This document shows, in pieces, positions 59,179 through 64,000 of a stretch of 64,000 nt of DNA. Below the pieces are notes generated by a model that worked only from the letters and a program-made list of their open reading frames with translations, did not search any database and was not told where the DNA came from. Every line of letters begins with the position of its first letter. Within the stretch, counting starts at the first letter, position 1. The translations under genes and the position numbers were made by a program. Location of the stretch: positions 2,624,001 to 2,688,000 of the forward strand of contig OY771587.1 of assembly GCA_963674825.1 (NCBI GenBank), in the 5' to 3' direction. The stretch is from Candidatus Cloacimonadales bacterium (GTDB lineage: Bacteria > Cloacimonadota > Cloacimonadia > Cloacimonadales > JAIOQZ01).

Positions 59179-59618
59179 ATGAAATCGTCAAAGCAAACCC
59201 TAAATATCGCACAATTCTGATCTTTATCGCGATTGGGGTAATCGTGTTTCTTTTTGCTGTGGTCATGTGGGGTGGACCGTGGTTCAGACACTACATCAAC
59301 AGTATGGTTGAGCAGAATCGAATGGATGATCTTAAGCGCGCCATGATGTATCTGGAAATTGCCATGGTAGCTATTATAGCTGTGTTTTCCGTGTTTGGCG
59401 CAAAGTTTGTAATCATGGGTAAACGAACGATTCGTGAGCGGAGATTTCCGCCCACAGGTGTCAGGGTTATTCGTGATACCGAGATCGTTATTGAAGAAGA
59501 TGCACTTAGCCGTGGACGACTTGTATCAAGGCTCGGATACGTGCTGATCATTACCTCGGTTGTAACAATTGTCGTAATCGTTATGCTGTTTCAAAATCTT
59601 TTCACGATGATGCAATAG
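59175..59618 (+). CDS. Hypothetical membrane protein (3 TM)
   Basis: ATGA overlap with the PAP2 gene; RFPPTGVRVIRDT between TM segments. Confidence 0.7.
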   Translation: MNEIVKANPKYRTILIFIAIGVIVFLFAVVMWGGPWFRHYINSMVEQNRMDDLKRAMMYLEIAMVAIIAVFSVFGAKFVIMGKRTIRERRFPPTGVRVIRDTEIVIEEDALSRGRLVSRLGYVLIITSVVTIVVIVMLFQNLFTMMQ

Positions 59619-59628
59619 GAGTTGTTTC

Positions 59629-61410
59629 ATGAAAAAATCCGTTGTTTTGTTACTTGCCGTTTTCGCCGCGGTTCAGTTGATTGCAATGCCTGTTTCAAAC
59701 GATACCATGGACCTCATCGCCGATAATTTTCTGAGCACGAATGGGGTCGATGGTCAACTTGCTCCGGTATTCGATCACGCGCTAACAAATGGCGACGTTC
59801 TGCTCGCCCGTGTTTACAATCTTTCACCCACCGGGTATCTGGTTATCACTGCCGATACCGATCTTCCGCCGGTCCTGGCATATTCTTTCAAGAATCCTTA
59901 CGAGACTATTCTTCCCGATGGAAGCAATTTATTGGATGTGCTGATTTCTACCGACCTGGGCGACCGCATTGTGGGCTATTCCCAGCCGAGTCGTGAATAT
60001 CATCACGCGAGATGGGAGCATCTGATGGAATCCTCAGCGATGGACCGACCGGAACAATGGCCGCCGGCTGGTTCAACCGAAACAGGTGGCTGGATCGAAA
60101 CACAATGGAACCAGGGCAACCCATGGAATGGGATGTGTCCACTTGATCCGCTCAACGGTAACCGAAGCCTGGCTGGATGCCCAGCAATAGCCATGGGACA
60201 AATTGTCAATTACCACAAAACCTTGAATGGAACACGTCTGGACGATACGGACGACTATCACCACACGTACGGTGGCAGAAATTACTGGATTGATGATGAT
60301 TGGGAAGAAAACGGTTTCCCATCGTTCCCTACGCTGAACACTCATCTGGATACGCTCGAATACAAGATGATGTATTACAAGAACCTGAATAATGATGATA
60401 TGGCAGCGCTGGTCTTCGCATGCGGAACAGCAGCGTATCAGGTCTATTCTACCAGCGCTTCAGGTACGTTCGGGGTAAATCAAATCGTCGATGCCTTCAA
60501 TCGTTTTAACTTCGAAGGATTCGAGCTTCTCGATAACGATTCGGAAGATCTCTTTGAAAGGATGTCCAGCAACATGATGGAAGGCAAACCAGTCCATCTC
60601 GCGATTGTCACACCGGAGTGGGATGCCGGGCATAACATTGTTGTCGATGGATACAACGACACCGATCACTATCACCTCAATTTTGGATGGGGTGGAAATT
60701 CCGACGGCTGGTACACGCTCTTCGAATACATTCCGTACAATCTAACAGTAGTAGAGGGTGCAGTCGTAGATATCCAGCGTATTCAGGCCTATGCTATGTT
60801 TCCAGATCAGATTCCCATGACTGCTTATGTGGATAGCGATATCGAGTTCAACATGATGAACATAAACGAGGAAGCAATCACGATTGATGATTTCATCATT
60901 CACGTGGATGATTCCGAAGAAATTATCGATGTCGAGGGATTTTCCATTACACCAGCATTGCCAATCGAGATACAGTCGGCTGAGACAATTGTCTGCACGC
61001 TGCACATCGACTGGACGGATGCAGCCTGGGATCGCCTGGTTTGCGAGTATACGCTGCATGCAATCTCGGCGGAGTTCGGAAACGATATCCAGCTTCAGGT
61101 CAATTACAATTCGAACGATAACGCTGCCGAAACTCCGAACCTTCAGCTTAGTGCTTATCCGAATCCCTTCAATCCGGAGACGACGATCCAATTCAGCCTG
61201 GCAGGTGATTCTCCTGTCGAGCTGAGTATCTACGATATTCGCGGAAGGAAGGTGCGAACGGTGGTCAATGAAGTGATGCAGATGGGTGAACATCGTGTTG
61301 CCTGGGACGGAACGAGCGACAGCGGAAAGAACGTTGCATCGGGAATCTATCTGATCCGGTTGAATGCTGAAGATCAGACGACTACCTGTAAATCTCTGCT
61401 GTTGAAATAG
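59629..61410 (+). CDS. C10 (streptopain-like) cysteine peptidase with prodomain and FlgD/T9SS type-A-like C-terminal domain
   Basis: QWNQG, AGCPAIAMGQIVNYH, GHNIVVDGY and HLNFGWGG; C-terminal YPNPFNPETTI...IYDIRGRKV...WDG...ASGIY...LLLK. Confidence 0.93.
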   Translation: MKKSVVLLLAVFAAVQLIAMPVSNDTMDLIADNFLSTNGVDGQLAPVFDHALTNGDVLLARVYNLSPTGYLVITADTDLPPVLAYSFKNPYETILPDGSNLLDVLISTDLGDRIVGYSQPSREYHHARWEHLMESSAMDRPEQWPPAGSTETGGWIETQWNQGNPWNGMCPLDPLNGNRSLAGCPAIAMGQIVNYHKTLNGTRLDDTDDYHHTYGGRNYWIDDDWEENGFPSFPTLNTHLDTLEYKMMYYKNLNNDDMAALVFACGTAAYQVYSTSASGTFGVNQIVDAFNRFNFEGFELLDNDSEDLFERMSSNMMEGKPVHLAIVTPEWDAGHNIVVDGYNDTDHYHLNFGWGGNSDGWYTLFEYIPYNLTVVEGAVVDIQRIQAYAMFPDQIPMTAYVDSDIEFNMMNINEEAITIDDFIIHVDDSEEIIDVEGFSITPALPIEIQSAETIVCTLHIDWTDAAWDRLVCEYTLHAISAEFGNDIQLQVNYNSNDNAAETPNLQLSAYPNPFNPETTIQFSLAGDSPVELSIYDIRGRKVRTVVNEVMQMGEHRVAWDGTSDSGKNVASGIYLIRLNAEDQTTTCKSLLLK

Positions 61411-61506
61411 TGCCGTTCAATGCATTACGTCTTGTATGAGAGTTGGATAAAACATAGCTTAATGCGAAAATAATCGGTCTTCGGATCGAAAATTGCCTTA
61501 CATTTC

Positions 61507-61536
61507 AGGAAAGCGGACCTCTGTCCGCTTTCCTTT
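61507..61536 (+). terminator. Terminator hairpin after the C10 peptidase gene
   Basis: Perfect stem AGGAAAGCGGAC-CTCT-GTCCGCTTTCCT followed by TT. Confidence 0.7.
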
Positions 61537-61579
61537 AAAATTCTGGATATGATTAGGATTCATGAGAGTTGGGGGATTT

Positions 61580-64000
61580 ATGCGATATGGCATTACTGTA
61601 ATCATTCTACTGATGGCATGCTTTCTGGCAGCCGAAACAATTCAATACGATCTTCATTTTAACGCGCCCGATGTGGTTCAACATCGCGGCGAAACATTGA
61701 TATCATTCGACAACACCATGCAGAGCGGTCTTCCGGGTGAACCGACGTTACCGTATCGGGCTGTTCGTCTGATGCTTCCACCATCCTCGACGGTTGCTGA
61801 TATCACCGTCTACCGTGAGGATCCGATTCAGCTCGAAGGAAGCTGGTCGTTGTTCCCGACGCAAGCTGTCAGGCCCATCTCAAAAGGCGGTGATGGTAAC
61901 TACTTGCGCGACAACAAGGTTTACACATCGTCCGTTTCGTACCCATCGCGGTATTACGGCGATGTAAAAGTGGACTACTACCGTGGTTACGGCTTTGCGA
62001 GCGTCAGCGTGACGCCGGTGGAGTACATTCCAGCAGAAGGCAGCGTAACCTATTATTCCACTATCCGCATCGAAATCGAGACCAAGCCCGATTACCGTAG
62101 CGATATCCTTCCCGTGAGTGCTCGGGAGACGGTACGACTCGACGCCGAAAAGTTTGCAGAGAATCCCAGCATGTCGAGCCGCTACATGGTTCCGGCCATG
62201 CGTAGCTCAGGCTACGAGATGCTCATCGTGACAAGCGATGATTACATGGATGATTTCGATCCACTCGTCGAGCTCTATGCACAGAAGGGTATCCGTTGCC
62301 AAAAAGTAACCATCGATGAAGCGACCGGTAGTCAGACTGGCCAGGATGATCAGGAAAAATTGCGCAATTACATCATTCAGGAATACACTCAGAACGACAT
62401 CGAGTATGTGCTTCTCGGCGGCGATGTAGATATCATCCAGTATCGCGGATTCTTTTGTCAGGTGGAATCGGGTGGAATCGTGGAAGACAATAACATTCCT
62501 TCGGACCTCTACTACTCTGCCCTCGACGGTACCTGGAATGACGACGATGATAATCTCTGGGGCGAGATTGGCGAAGACGATCTGCTGCCGGATGTTGCCG
62601 TGGGCCGTATGCCGTTCGACAACCACGATGAATTCGATGCGATGCTGAACAAGATCATGATGTATCAGACAGAGCCGGTTGAAGATGAACTCGATCAACC
62701 GCTGCTGGTTGGCGAGAATCTATGGGACGATCCTCTTACCTGGGGTGGCGATCTGATCGATACCATCGTCGGAGAGTGCGATATCGCCGGATACACAACC
62801 AATGGCATCCCTGATTCGGATCCCTTCGAAAGGCTCTACGACCGCGATCATGGCGAGTGGAGCACCGGCGAACTTATTAATGCCATCAACGAAGGGCATC
62901 CCTATATCCACCACTCGGGACACTCCAATTCCAGTTACAATATGCGTCTGATGATCTTTCAGATCTCAAACAACAACTTCGCGAACGTTAACGGCACCGA
63001 TCACAACTTCACCAACGTCTATTCGCATGGCTGTATAGCTGGATCGTTTGAAGAAGAGGATTGTATCGGTGAGAGAATGGTGCTGATCGACAATTTTGCC
63101 GCATCGTATATCGGTAACAGCCGATACGGATGGTTCAATGAAGGTCAGCTTGAAGGCCCTTCACAGCACCTACACCGTGAATATACCGACGCGCTATACA
63201 ATGATGGTGTCCGACAGATTGGTATGGCGCACCTCGTGTCTCGTATCATGACCGCGCCCTACGTGAATGCACCCGGTCAGCATGAGCAAGGTGCTCTGCG
63301 CTGGTGTTTCTACGACTGCAATGTTCTGGGCGACCCTGCGATGAGTATCTGGTGCGAACAACCTCACGAAATCACGGCCACCTTCGACGAACCGCTGCCA
63401 ATCGGCTCAACCTCGATGCAGGTAGATGTGGAAAGCACGGATGGGAACGCAGAAGGAATCGTCTGCACGCTGATTCAGGACGACGAAGTTATTGGAAGCG
63501 GCATAACAGACGCCAGCGGTACAGTGGTGATCTTCTTTGACGCCCCCGTGGCGAATACAGGTCAAACTACACTCTATGTCAGTGGAAACGATATCCTCAT
63601 TCATCAGTACGAGGTCGAGATCGCCGAAGTGGAGGATCCGTGGATCGCTCTGCTGCACGTCGATACACATGACGATAACAATCAGATCCCCGAGTACGAG
63701 GAGAATATCTATCTCGATATCACTGTGCAGAATATCGGGCAGGCCGCATGCAGTGATCTGACCGCATACCTCTACACCGACGACGAATATATCAATCTTG
63801 CCGGGCTCAATGCAAGCTTTAGTGCGATGGCTTCTGGCGATAGCGTCACCTCCACCAATGCGTTCAATTTCGATACATCCGACGGCATCCCGGATCAACA
63901 CGAAGCGCTGCTCTATCTCGTGTTTGTGGATCACCCGGAATGGAGTTTACCATTTACGATCACGTTCGCAGCACCAGAACTTGCTTGTGACGACTGGGCG
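61580..64000 (+). CDS. C25 (gingipain-family) cysteine peptidase with propeptide; runs off the right edge
   Basis: Not in the ORF track; translated by hand and spot-checked in one frame. MRYGITVIILLMACFLAA, PGEPTLP, LRNYI...IEYVLLGGD, PSDLYY, VAVGRMP, HHSGHS (catalytic His), YSHGCIAG (catalytic Cys) and VLGDP. Confidence 0.9.
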   Translation, partial: MRYGITVIILLMACFLAAETIQYDLHFNAPDVVQHRGETLISFDNTMQSGLPGEPTLPYRAVRLMLPPSSTVADITVYREDPIQLEGSWSLFPTQAVRPISKGGDGNYLRDNKVYTSSVSYPSRYYGDVKVDYYRGYGFASVSVTPVEYIPAEGSVTYYSTIRIEIETKPDYRSDILPVSARETVRLDAEKFAENPSMSSRYMVPAMRSSGYEMLIVTSDDYMDDFDPLVELYAQKGIRCQKVTIDEATGSQTGQDDQEKLRNYIIQEYTQNDIEYVLLGGDVDIIQYRGFFCQVESGGIVEDNNIPSDLYYSALDGTWNDDDDNLWGEIGEDDLLPDVAVGRMPFDNHDEFDAMLNKIMMYQTEPVEDELDQPLLVGENLWDDPLTWGGDLIDTIVGECDIAGYTTNGIPDSDPFERLYDRDHGEWSTGELINAINEGHPYIHHSGHSNSSYNMRLMIFQISNNNFANVNGTDHNFTNVYSHGCIAGSFEEEDCIGERMVLIDNFAASYIGNSRYGWFNEGQLEGPSQHLHREYTDALYNDGVRQIGMAHLVSRIMTAPYVNAPGQHEQGALRWCFYDCNVLGDPAMSIWCEQPHEITATFDEPLPIGSTSMQVDVESTDGNAEGIVCTLIQDDEVIGSGITDASGTVVIFFDAPVANTGQTTLYVSGNDILIHQYEVEIAEVEDPWIALLHVDTHDDNNQIPEYEENIYLDITVQNIGQAACSDLTAYLYTDDEYINLAGLNASFSAMASGDSVTSTNAFNFDTSDGIPDQHEALLYLVFVDHPEWSLPFTITFAAPELACDDWA

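Overview
A chromosomal window from an anaerobic diderm bacterium. Secreted C10 and C25 peptidases with FlgD/T9SS-type C-termini and the GlmL-like cluster suggest the FCB group, most likely Cloacimonadota (inference). The standout locus is 1.4-7.8 kb. There, a tungsten aldehyde oxidoreductase (AOR/WOR) gene is split at its N/C-domain junction by an in-frame HydCBA/BfuCBA-type electron-bifurcating module, giving AOR_N-NuoE | NuoF | FeS-AOR_C. The flavin subunit carries a substitution suggestive of NADP(H) use, and ThiF/ThiS and an ALDH7 gene follow. A second notable locus (35-57 kb) encodes a ~6810-aa cadherin/Ig adhesin with a type-B T9SS C-terminal domain. Its partner is a PorP/SprF-like barrel with an unusual Ig-Pro-rich-transmembrane tail. 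Between these loci lie housekeeping genes (purB, purS, purQ, pssA, lgt, etfB, mutS, rho, U32 and polysaccharide genes), an orphan GlmL-type ATPase cluster and apparent pseudo-enzymes. Two copies of a composite palindromic intergenic repeat have swapped loops. Two genes missing from the ORF track run off the window edges (1-1302 minus; 61580-64000 plus). No rRNA, tRNA, CRISPR array or transposase was recognised. All family calls come from reading motifs by eye; no database search was run.
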